Below, in pieces: positions 30,242 through 39,778 of a DNA stretch of 64,000 nucleotides. The position numbers and the translations under genes were made by a program. Source of the DNA: an uncultured Bacteroidota bacterium (GTDB lineage Bacteria; Bacteroidota; Bacteroidia; Bacteroidales; GCA-2748055); the NCBI GenBank assembly GCA_963713725.1, contig CAVQMZ010000029.1, positions 100,369 to 164,368 on the forward strand, in the 5' to 3' direction. Under the pieces are notes generated by a model. The model saw nothing but the letters and a program-made list of their open reading frames with translations. It was not told the DNA's origin and ran no database searches. Position 1 is the first letter of the stretch; every line of letters begins with the position of its first letter.

Positions 30242-32044
30242 ATGAGACGAAATGCATTATTCTCCCGGACTTCTATTATGCTGGTGATTTCAAGTATGAT
30301 TCTTGCTTCATGCCAGCGCCCGGATCCTGCAGGTTTCCCCAATGTCATCCTTATAATAACCGATGACCAGGGTTATGGCGATGTAGGCTTCCATGGGAAT
30401 GAATGGATCAGCACACCGAATATTGACCAGCTGGCCGGGGAGAGTTGCCGGCTTGCCGACTTCCATGTGGGCACCACCTGTGCACCAACCCGCTCAGGAC
30501 TGATGACCGGTCGGAATTGTAACCGTGTGGGGGTATGGCATACAGTAAACGGACGTTCCCTGCTCAGAAAGAACGAAGTGACCCTGGCCGATGTGTTCAG
30601 GAGCAATGGCTATTCCACGGGCATGTTTGGTAAATGGCACCTGGGTGATAATTATCCCTATCGTCCGCATGACAGAGGCTTTGATGAGGCCTTCTATCAT
30701 GGAGGGGGAGGAGTGACCCAGGCTCCTGATTACTGGGACAATGATTATTTTGACGATAGCTACCTCAGGAATGGAGTGCCTGAGAAAGTGAGCGGTTATT
30801 GTACCGATGTCTGGTTTGAAAATGCACTGGATTTTATTGAGAAGAACAGGGACAAGCCCTTCTTCTGTTACCTTTCCACCAATGCACCCCACGGACCTTT
30901 TCATGTGGAGCAAAGATATATTGACCTTTACAAGGGCAATCCGGATATTCCGAACCCCAACTTCTATGGAATGATTACAAATGTGGATGAAAACCTTGGA
31001 GCCTTAAGGGAAAAACTTAAGGAGCTGGGCCTGGCCGACAATACCATTTTGATCTTTATGACTGATAACGGTACTGCGGCAGGTGTTTCTCTTGACCGGG
31101 ATGGTTTCCTTAGCTCGGGTTATAATGCAGGGATGCGAGGAATGAAAGGATCGGAATATAACGGGGGGCACCGTGTTCCATTCTTTATACATTGGAAGGA
31201 CGGAGGAATCCATACGGGCAGGGATGTGGAGTATATTACATCCTACACGGATGTTATGCCCACCCTGGTGGACTTGTGCGGACTTCAGGATCCGGAGCTT
31301 GAATATGACGGGATGAGCTTAGCGCCCTTGTTGCAAGAGGAAGCTGTTGAATGGGCGGACAGAATCATTATCACCGATACCCAGAGGGAAGATGTTCCCG
31401 TAAAAGGGAAGCAGAGCGCCGTGATGACCGACAAATGGCATTTAATAAGGGGTGAGGAACTTTACGATATGGATACTGACCCCGGACAAAGGAACAATAT
31501 TGCAGAAACGAATGCTGAGATCGTAAAAAAGTTAAAGGATGCATATGAGCTTTGGTGGGAAGATATTTCTGTCGATTTTGATGATTATTGTGAGATTATC
31601 ATTAATGCCGAGGCAGAAAGTCCGACCTGTATACGCTCACATGACTGGCACAGCATACGGATTCCACCGTGGAACCAGGGTCATATCCGAACCGGTCAGC
31701 CCGGTAACGGTTTCTGGGTAGTGGATGTTGCCGCGGCCGGAACCTATGAGTTTGCCCTGCGCAGATGGCCGCTGGAAACTGGGCTGCCGCTGAATGGATC
31801 ATTGCCACCTGGAGAGGCTGTCCCCGGCGGTGTGCCCCAGCCTGCCGGTGTTTCCATTCAATTCACCGGGGCCCGTATAATAGTTGGGGAGGAGGAGCAA
31901 AGCTCCCGGGTGGATCCCGATCAGCAGGATGTAAGGTTTACTTATGAACTCGAACCCGGGGAGTTCAGGATGCAGACCTGGCTTGAAGATATGGATGGAG
32001 GCAGCAGGGGAGCCTATTATGTCTATGTGACAAAGCTCAAGTAA
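30242..32044 (+). CDS. Sulfatase (Cys-type) lipoprotein with a C-terminal extension, transcribed divergently from the HTCS gene.
   Basis: Intact ORF. The likely start is the internal Met with signal MRRNALFSRTSIMLVISSMILASC. It carries [50 protein letters not shown] and [14 protein letters not shown]. Confidence 0.9.
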   Translation: MRRNALFSRTSIMLVISSMILASCQRPDPAGFPNVILIITDDQGYGDVGFHGNEWISTPNIDQLAGESCRLADFHVGTTCAPTRSGLMTGRNCNRVGVWHTVNGRSLLRKNEVTLADVFRSNGYSTGMFGKWHLGDNYPYRPHDRGFDEAFYHGGGGVTQAPDYWDNDYFDDSYLRNGVPEKVSGYCTDVWFENALDFIEKNRDKPFFCYLSTNAPHGPFHVEQRYIDLYKGNPDIPNPNFYGMITNVDENLGALREKLKELGLADNTILIFMTDNGTAAGVSLDRDGFLSSGYNAGMRGMKGSEYNGGHRVPFFIHWKDGGIHTGRDVEYITSYTDVMPTLVDLCGLQDPELEYDGMSLAPLLQEEAVEWADRIIITDTQREDVPVKGKQSAVMTDKWHLIRGEELYDMDTDPGQRNNIAETNAEIVKKLKDAYELWWEDISVDFDDYCEIIINAEAESPTCIRSHDWHSIRIPPWNQGHIRTGQPGNGFWVVDVAAAGTYEFALRRWPLETGLPLNGSLPPGEAVPGGVPQPAGVSIQFTGARIIVGEEEQSSRVDPDQQDVRFTYELEPGEFRMQTWLEDMDGGSRGAYYVYVTKLK

Positions 32045-32062
32045 GAGATCATTATCTTATGT

Positions 32063-33313
32063 TTACGTGACCAGGGTCGGGTGATCCCCGGGGGTAGTTT
32101 GTCGTGATCCCCTAAAGCCGTACCATGAAGCGATCAGCAGGGGGATAATCACCACAATAAGAGAAGTTTTAAGGCTGAAATAGTCGGCAACCAGGCCAAA
32201 GATCATAGGGATGAAAAAACCTCCGGCAATGGCCATGATCAGGAAAGATGAGGCTTCATTGGTAAAGCGGCCCAGGCCTTCGATGGCAAGAGAGTATATA
32301 CTGGCGAACATAATGGAGATGAAAAAGCCTGTGATGACGATGCTGTAGACGGATAAAAAGCCACTGGTGACCATTGATAAAAGAACCAGTAAGGCTGCAA
32401 TTCCTGCAAACCAGCCCACGAGTTTACCGGGAGCTACTTTGATCAGAATTCCTGCACCCAACAGCCTGCCGATCATCAGTCCCAGGAAGAGTATCCCTGA
32501 GATGTCAACAGCCCGGGCCTTGGAAATGTGAGCCTGCTCCATGAAATAGGGGGTCATGAGCTGGTAGAGGATGGCTTCTGCTCCCATGTATAGCAGAAGT
32601 ACAAAAAAACCTATCCTGAAGTGGCGGTATCCCCAGGCATTTTTCCTGGAAGCCTTTTTCTTCTCTGATTCTTCTGTGGATTGAACAGCATCGGTCGGGT
32701 TCCCGGGCATTTTGGCCAGCTTAACCAGGATGGCAAGGAGAATAAAAATAAGTCCCAGGATCAGGTAAATCCAGGTAATTCCCCTGAAGGGATTGTCTGC
32801 ATAGATCTTCAGGATGAATCCCCCGGCTATATAGGCCGTGAGAAATGCCCCGATCGCTCCAATTCCCTGGCTCAGGTTTATCCTGCTCGCACTGGTTTTT
32901 GGCGGACCAAGCGCACGGATATACGGATTGCATACAATCTGAAGGAAAGTCACCCCCGAGAATACGACAAATGTACCCAGGAGAAAAAGCTTGAAGGAAA
33001 GCAGGATGGATGCCGGAATAAAAAGCAGTAATCCCACACCGGCAATGCCTGCACCCAGGACAATGGCTTTTTTAGTCTTAATCCTCTCGATAATAATCTT
33101 AGCCGGGTAGGAAAGAGCAAAAAAGGCCAGGAAGGATACCGAGGTCAACAGTGAAGACTTGAAGTTGCTGAGCTCAAAGGTTTCCTGGAACAGAGCCACG
33201 ATTACGTTTGTCAGGTTCCATATAAAACCCCACATGAAGAACAAAAGGTTTACCAGTATGAGTGGCAGGAGAATTTTCCGGGTAAGAGGGTAGGTTTGTT
33301 TTGAAGCTTGCAT
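32063..33313 (-). CDS. MFS sugar:H+ symporter, FucP/GluP-like (putative L-fucose permease).
   Basis: Intact 416-aa ORF with ~12 hydrophobic segments. The N-terminal LLPLILVNLLFFMWGFIWNLTNVIVALFQETFELSNFKSSLLTSVSFLAFFALSYPA resembles the fucose/glucose-galactose permease family signature region. Confidence 0.7.
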   Translation of the reverse strand: MQASKQTYPLTRKILLPLILVNLLFFMWGFIWNLTNVIVALFQETFELSNFKSSLLTSVSFLAFFALSYPAKIIIERIKTKKAIVLGAGIAGVGLLLFIPASILLSFKLFLLGTFVVFSGVTFLQIVCNPYIRALGPPKTSASRINLSQGIGAIGAFLTAYIAGGFILKIYADNPFRGITWIYLILGLIFILLAILVKLAKMPGNPTDAVQSTEESEKKKASRKNAWGYRHFRIGFFVLLLYMGAEAILYQLMTPYFMEQAHISKARAVDISGILFLGLMIGRLLGAGILIKVAPGKLVGWFAGIAALLVLLSMVTSGFLSVYSIVITGFFISIMFASIYSLAIEGLGRFTNEASSFLIMAIAGGFFIPMIFGLVADYFSLKTSLIVVIIPLLIASWYGFRGSRQTTPGDHPTLVT

Positions 33314-33334
33314 GCTATTCTTTTTCAGTGATTC

Positions 33335-34486
33335 TCATTTCAAGTCCAGCGATTTTTCAGCAAAACTGAGCATGATTTCCCTGAGTTCGGTTTTGGAAGG
33401 TTCAATGGGATCATCTCCAACCTGCCGCCAGTTGTGCCCGGCGTTTTTCACTACCAGCAACTCAAGATTGACATCAACTTCCTTTGCCCCGGCTTTAAGT
33501 CCGGTGGCATGGGAAAGGGGCACGGCATGGTCACTGTCTCCCTGCATAAGCAGCAGGGGAGGATCGGAGCTGTCAATGAGGAAATAGGGGCTTACTTCTT
33601 TGAGGGTTTCCATATCCTCACCTGTATAGGTGCTTTTTCCTGTAATATGCCTCGCGTGTCGAATTAAGGGTGAATTCTCCTTGTCCTTATCCAGTGTGCC
33701 TGTGAAGTCGCTTGGTCCGTACCATGAAATCCCTGCAGCAGGATTAACTTTAATCTTTGCTAAACCTGGATCACCGGGAAAATCCTCGGGATCTGAAAAA
33801 GTCAGCATCTGTGCTAAATGCCCACCGGCTGATTCCCCCCAGACAATAATTTTATCAGGGTCTAACTGATAATCCTCTGCATGCTCCTTAAGATACCGAA
33901 GTCCGTCCCAGGAATCTGTTACACATTCCCCGATGAGTACCGTGTCTTTGTCAGGGTCCAGGTTTACCAGCCTGTACCTCACGGAAACGCAGCAGAATCC
34001 TCTTTCAGCAAATTGCAGTGCAGTTTCAGCCCTCAGATCATTCAAGCGCAGGTATTCCTTTGCCCCGCTTCGAAAGCCACCCCCGTGCACGAAATAGAGT
34101 ACAGGTGCCTTGTCATATACGAGGTTTGTTGGCATCAGGATATCCAGGAGTAAGAACTCCTCGCCAATCTTTTTATAAACAATATTGGAGTGGGAGGGAG
34201 CTGGCCACGCGATGGTATCACGTACATAATTAAATCTGAATTCGCTGAGGCTAATAAAATGATCTGAGTCAGCATCCATAGCCGCGAATTTATCCCTTGG
34301 CTCTTGATCAGGATCCTTGGAATGAACCTGGTTCGCGGCCCGGGTTAAATTATCATACTCTTCACGTGATATGAGTCCGTCCCTGCTTTTATCAAAGCGC
34401 CGGAATTCCATGCTGTTCAAGTGGATGCTGTTCAGGGAATCTAAATCGGCCAATGAGGGTATTTGGGTCGCTCTGAGAGAAACCAT
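33335..34486 (-). CDS. Esterase (alpha/beta hydrolase, HGG / GxSxG) with an N-terminal EF-hand pair.
   Basis: Intact 383-aa ORF. There are two canonical 12-residue EF-hand loops, DKSRDGLISREE and DADSDHFISLSE. These are followed by LYFVHGGGFRSG and IIVWGESAGGHLA. No signal peptide is visible at the annotated start. Confidence 0.7.
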   Translation of the reverse strand: MVSLRATQIPSLADLDSLNSIHLNSMEFRRFDKSRDGLISREEYDNLTRAANQVHSKDPDQEPRDKFAAMDADSDHFISLSEFRFNYVRDTIAWPAPSHSNIVYKKIGEEFLLLDILMPTNLVYDKAPVLYFVHGGGFRSGAKEYLRLNDLRAETALQFAERGFCCVSVRYRLVNLDPDKDTVLIGECVTDSWDGLRYLKEHAEDYQLDPDKIIVWGESAGGHLAQMLTFSDPEDFPGDPGLAKIKVNPAAGISWYGPSDFTGTLDKDKENSPLIRHARHITGKSTYTGEDMETLKEVSPYFLIDSSDPPLLLMQGDSDHAVPLSHATGLKAGAKEVDVNLELLVVKNAGHNWRQVGDDPIEPSKTELREIMLSFAEKSLDLK

Positions 34487-34564
34487 TAATTATGAATAGG
34501 TTGGAGATGATATAAACAAGACAGGTATATTTGTAAACTATTCTTTGGACGCTCATATTCTATA

Positions 34565-37500
34565 CTATTTAGCGAGGATGATCCGTTTCATCACCGGGAT
34601 TTCATCTTCAGGATAAATTTTTAAAAGATACATTCCGGGTCCCTGGTCTGAGAGATCAAGTGAAACCTGTTGGGCATCAGGATAATAGACGCGAACAAGA
34701 TTCCCTGACAGAGTGAACAGTTCTACCTTTTTCAGAAGCCTTTCAGTTTGTAGCAATAGCTCTGTAAGCACCGGGTTTGGATAGAGATGAATGGATCCTG
34801 CTTCTAAAACATCAATCGAACTAATGATCTGAAGGTTAAGGTTCAGGGTTGTATCCCCATCAAGAGAAAGCATTCCGCTTTCAGTCTGGTAGCCTTCCTT
34901 TTCCACTGAATATACATAGTCTTCAAACCTGGGCAGATCCTCGTAAAGTACTATCCCAACGGAATTAGTAAACTGCTGTGAACCCTCTACCTTTACATCA
35001 GCCTGCTTTACAGGCTTATCGCCCGAGTAGATTCTGAATTTCAGCTTGGATGAGCTTTCGACCAGTCCAATAGACAGGACCGTATCTTTTGACATATCAA
35101 AGCTGGTTTCAACGGGGAAATACCCCGTTTCGGAAATCGAAAAGCTATGTAAGCCTTCCCAGAGTACGATGTCAACTTCTCCCTGAAGGCCTGTAGTCAG
35201 GTTCTCACCACCAATGGAGACCTGTATTCCGGAGAGTCGTGCCCCGCTATCCACATTCCTGACCGAAAAAGTGGCGGTATATCTTTCCAGGTCAACACCT
35301 ACCGGGGGGCCTTTGAGATCGTCAATGTAGTAGGTATGTCCCAGGGCAAAGCTGTCCTCATCCGGCGAGCTGAAAAAGAGCCAGACCTGGTTATAATCAT
35401 CTCTTCCCAGGGCCCCGGCGCATTCAAAGCTATACTCTACCCATTGATTGGCCAGGAGTACTGGTTTCTCCACGGAGTACTGAGTGAGGCCATTCCCATT
35501 ATTTCGCAGGATCAGCCTTACTTTCGCGATGTCAGGAAGCGGATCACTACCTTCGTAATAAGCCTTTACTTTAAAAGTTGAATAAATGGAAAGGTCCAGT
35601 GTCTCAGGAAGATCAAAATGCACATTGGCCCACTTTCCGATTCCCCTGACCACCTTGCCGGTGAGTTCACTGGGATTATTTTCAGAGATATCAGGGTTTG
35701 CTATCCTGTCCGAGAAACTCATGCCTACCGGGTCTGTCCACGGGTAGCGCTGATCGGCCCCGAAGTCATTATAGAGCAAAAAGCCGGGTTCAGGTTCGGG
35801 AACTGAAATGCAGGTATCACAGGGCTCAACCGGGATCCAGACCTTGTTTTTATATTCGCCCCTTAGGATCACCCGGGTGGTATCACGAACCAGTGTATCA
35901 AGCAGCGCGAAGCGAATATGGGAGGATGCCTGGCTCTTGTTCACACCATAGCCCAGTAGCCTGATGAATTCAACATTACCCGCATAGGGCCGGTAGACTA
36001 CCTGGTGCTCGTAGCTTTCATATTCAGGATCTGCAGGATCGTAAGGGTTGATGAAGGGTAGTGTATCAACTTCGTGATACAGATCAGGACTAATGAACTG
36101 CATTCCTGTTTCGGTATTCTCCATGAGGAAGATTGGCACCATATGCTCTATGGGCGACGCAAAAAGTTTAACATCATCGGTGAACGCACTGTCCAGGGCT
36201 TCCATGCCTACTATAGTCAGGGGTGAGAATTCCGGGTCAGGCATTATAAATCCATAATCGGTGGCGTTCGCAAGGCTCCTCGCTTTTGCATGGACCTCCT
36301 TCATGGTACCGTTAATATAGAAAACACGGTAATAAAAGCTTGTCCCCGGGTTGATGTCAAGTCTTTGATTGACGGTGAATACAGAATAATTCCGGTTCTC
36401 ATCACCGGTCCCGTCACCCCACCTGATCCGCGTGGATTTCATATTATGGCTTACCTGTAAGTCCTCATAATGTTTATCCTTTCCAAAAACAAGGGCCATA
36501 GCCGGTCGGTTTTCATCCTCCCCCTCAGCAGCCCAGATGAAATATCCACCACTCTGGTTTATATTATCCAGCAGGCCCTGTTCTCCATCACCCCCGAAGA
36601 GTTTGTAAGTACGTTCCAGGGAGTCGTTGGGGTGGGACAGCCAGCACTGGGGCAGGTTTGCGACCGTACCCCTCCCCAGGGCATATTCAGATAATCCACC
36701 TTATGCTCACCAAAATTCTGGATGCACAAAGTGTTTTCCAAAATTCCGCTGCCCAGGTCCCTGTATTTGTAGGTGTACAGAAGTTGTGACTTATGTATGC
36801 TGGGTACATGGGCCTGCTGTCCCCAGTTCATGGTGTGAAAAGCCCTGTTTGTTTCATCATACCATGAAGCCATCAGGGGACTGTAAAAGGGTTTATTGGT
36901 CCGGGCGAAGAGGGTATCGTTCATGTATACCCCGCACCATGAATAAAATAGCGCATACTGGGTACCTGGGGTCTTCCCAGGGTGGATCCGGGGGGTGCGA
37001 CTATCTCATCAGCGTTGTGCCTCTCGCTTGAAAGAGCCACGATCTGCCAGAGGTCATCCACCCAGCGGGCCGTGTTAAAATCCCAGGAGCGGTATTGAGG
37101 GGGAACACCTTCCCCGTAGGGTCCGATAAAAGAGTAGATAGCTCCCCCTTTTGAAATCCGGAGATCCCACAGAAGCGAGTCCGGCTCAGAGCTGTGGCTT
37201 AACCTTGCATGGTATACATCCTCTTCCTTACACTGCTCTTGCCATTGGCTTCCCGATGGCTCGTATTCGGTGCTAAACCTTGAACTTCCTTTGTATTCAG
37301 GAATGCTGTCGCTTTGGTATTCGGGTATAAAAGAAAACAACAGGCTGTCCAGGGCATCCTCGGGAGAACGATCAATGATGGTGCTGTCCACCGGCCCGGA
37401 TAAGGGCGTGTAATTTTCCCATTCAATCTTTGCCTCTTTGGTGTTTATGTTTACCCAGACCTTCGCATGTTCAAACTCGCGGGTGTACTCCCAGCCATCC

Positions 37501-38567
37501 TGAACCGCATCTCCCAGGGGCTCGCCCAGGGGCCTGTCAAACTCATCATACCAGTCAAGGGAGCCATGTGTTTCCCTGTATCCCCAAGAGTAACAAAAGT
37601 AAGAATAGGGTTGAGCGGCCACAAGGAAGCAGGCCAGGGGGAAGGTGATCTTTTCCCTGGCTTCCTGGAGCAGGTCCTCGTATGGTTCTGCCATCTTTTC
37701 ACTATCGGTCCAGTTAAAGCCGGGGAAGGCCTTCATGATTACTATTTTCCCCTGTTTACCGGCCTCGGTCATATCCGCCATGTCCTGCCGAATACTCTCC
37801 CTGGAGGTGCTCGCAAAATGGTCAAAGTGTTCAATGGCGGCGGCATCTGTGATTCCCAGGTAGTCCATCCCAAAATGAAGATCATCCGTATTCCGTATCC
37901 CATTATACATCAATATGGCAGATGAGTCTGTAACTTCCCGGGTGAGACGGATCAGTTCGATTAGCCCGTCCTGAATGGAATCAAATTTCTCCTGTCCCCA
38001 GAGCGCAATATTGGCTTCACTGGTGATTTGTGGGAAGGCATCCATAAATACCCCGTCACAGGATCTCTCCATCACTGCCTTACGGACCTCCTCGGCCCAC
38101 CATTCCCTGACTTCTTGATTGGACAGGTCATATCTTTTTATTCTGCCGTTTTTCAGGTCCAGTGTACCGTCCTGGTGGTATAGCCACCATTCGGGAAAAC
38201 TCTCGTAAACATCATGTGCATCGAACATGGAATAATCCAGGAAGGTGTTCCAGTAGTAAATCAGCTTCAGCTTCGGGTTGACCGCTTTTAGCCTTTGAGT
38301 ATCAAAATATATTCCAGCCTCAGTGGATCCATGTGGATTTATCCCGTGCGCTTTTTCCAGACACACAAAATCCGAATGAGTGGCCACAAAATTGACTTCC
38401 TCGTCGCTTAAACCATCGTTTTTTCCAAAATGAATGTAGACGGGAACCGTTTCCCAGCTGAAAGGCGGGTAATAGTCAGGAGCCTCAGCAGGATCCTGCT
38501 GAGCGTTCACAAGCAGGGCTGAGGAAAGACAGAGGATGGCGAAAAAAGAGAATCGTATCTTCTTCAT
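34565..38567 (-). CDS. ~1330-aa T9SS-sorted modular protein: signal peptide, GHL-style TIM-barrel-like domain (copy 3), ~550-aa unknown region, CBM-like jelly-roll, two beta-sandwich repeats, T9SS C-terminal domain. Two frame breaks as read.
   Basis: ORFs 36921..38630, 36559..36924 and 34565..36499 are colinear. Junction 1 is at the C4 run 36930..36933 (repaired reading ...YFIHGAGVYMNDTLFART...). Junction 2 is near 36650 (...NMPWGGV / ANLPQCWLSHPNDSLERTYKLFGG...). The C-terminus IHLYPNPVLTELLL...GMYLLKIYPEDEIPVMKRIILAK is a T9SS CTD. Confidence 0.6.
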
Positions 38568-38595
38568 TATCGGAATCTGATTACTGTGTGGACTG

Positions 38596-39741
38596 TTATT
38601 TCCAGTCGATCGTTGCCTGTTTTGTTTCAATGTTTACCCAGACTTTGCAATGTTCAAATTCGCGGGTAAATTCCCAGCCGGTCCTAACAGCATCTCCTTT
38701 GGGATTCCCCAGGGGCTTTTCAAACTCCGGGTAGGAATCCAGTGATCCATGCTGATTCCTGTAGCCCCAGGAATAACAAAAATAGGAGTAGGGCTGCGCC
38801 GCTACCAGGAAACAGGCAAGGGGAAAGGTAATATTCTCACGGGCCTTCCTTAAGAGCTCTTCATGGGATTGATTCATTTCTTCCTTTTCGGTCCAGTTAA
38901 ACCCTGGCCAACCCTTCATAACGACGATCTGTCCCTTCTTTCCGGCTTCGATCATATTTTCCATATCCAGGGCAACATTCTCCTTGTCAGTACTGGCAAA
39001 TTGGTCGAAATGTTCGATGGTTGATGCATCTGTGATATCAATGAATTGCATGCCATAGTGGAGTTCATTTGTATTTCTGATGCCATTGTACATGATGATG
39101 TTATCTGAACCGATCTTTTCCCTTGTAAGCTCAATGGTTTTTATAAGCCCCTCCTGTATGGCATCATATTTCTCCTGTCCCCAGAGCTTTATGTTAGCCG
39201 GACTGGTAATTTGAGGAAAGGCATCCATGAATACCCCGTCGCAAGAGCCATCGATTACAGCCTTTTTTACTTCTTCTGTCCACCATTCCCTCACTTCCGG
39301 GTTCGAAAGATCATAGCGCATCAGATCCCCTCTCTTATAATCCAGTGAGCCATCCAGCTTCCTGAGCCACCATTCCGGGTGCTCAGCGTAAACATCGTGA
39401 GCATCGTACATGGCGTAGTCGAGGAAGGTATTCCAGTAATAGACAACTTTCAAATCAGGATTGATCTTTTTAAGACGGGCAGCATCGGATTCAATCCCTT
39501 TCTCGGTAGACCCGTGGACCTTTGTCCCATGACCCTTTTCGAAGCATACAAAATCGGAGTGGGTGGCGACGAATTTAAGCTCCTCTTCGGTAAGCACGTC
39601 ACTTTTACCAAAGTGAATGTAAACAGGGACTTTATCCCAGCTCCATTCAGGGTACATCTTGTTCTGGACCTCGGTTTTTTCCTTGCAGCCCATAAGTAGA
39701 ATCAGGAGAATTGAAATGAGTATTCCAGCAATAGATTTCAT
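38596..39741 (-). CDS. Putative glycoside hydrolase lipoprotein, GHL-style TIM-barrel-like domain (copy 2). Tandem paralog of the N-terminus of 34565..38567.
   Basis: Intact 381-aa ORF with lipobox LLMGC. It carries VPVYIHFGKSD, FVATHSDFVCFEKGHG, VVYYWNTF, SCDGVFMDAFPQI, IIMYNGIRN, IEHFDQF, ACFLVAAQPYSYFCYSWGY and WEFTREFEHCKVWVNIETKQATIDW. It is closely similar to residues ~45-400 of ORF 36921..38630. Confidence 0.6.
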   Translation of the reverse strand: MKSIAGILISILLILLMGCKEKTEVQNKMYPEWSWDKVPVYIHFGKSDVLTEEELKFVATHSDFVCFEKGHGTKVHGSTEKGIESDAARLKKINPDLKVVYYWNTFLDYAMYDAHDVYAEHPEWWLRKLDGSLDYKRGDLMRYDLSNPEVREWWTEEVKKAVIDGSCDGVFMDAFPQITSPANIKLWGQEKYDAIQEGLIKTIELTREKIGSDNIIMYNGIRNTNELHYGMQFIDITDASTIEHFDQFASTDKENVALDMENMIEAGKKGQIVVMKGWPGFNWTEKEEMNQSHEELLRKARENITFPLACFLVAAQPYSYFCYSWGYRNQHGSLDSYPEFEKPLGNPKGDAVRTGWEFTREFEHCKVWVNIETKQATIDWK

Positions 39742-39778
39742 AATTATTGGTATTTAATGAGATTGCTTTCTCAGGCTC

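Noticed and set aside
36921-36924. The ATGA stop/start overlap between ORF 36921..38630 and ORF 36559..36924, which could indicate two translationally coupled genes.
   Set aside because: The downstream frame is already open upstream of the ATG. Adding one base to the adjacent C4 run gives a smooth reading (...YFIHGAGVYMNDTLF...). The 121-aa piece also lacks its own end, because it is frame-broken again into 34565..36499. One gene with indels is more parsimonious.
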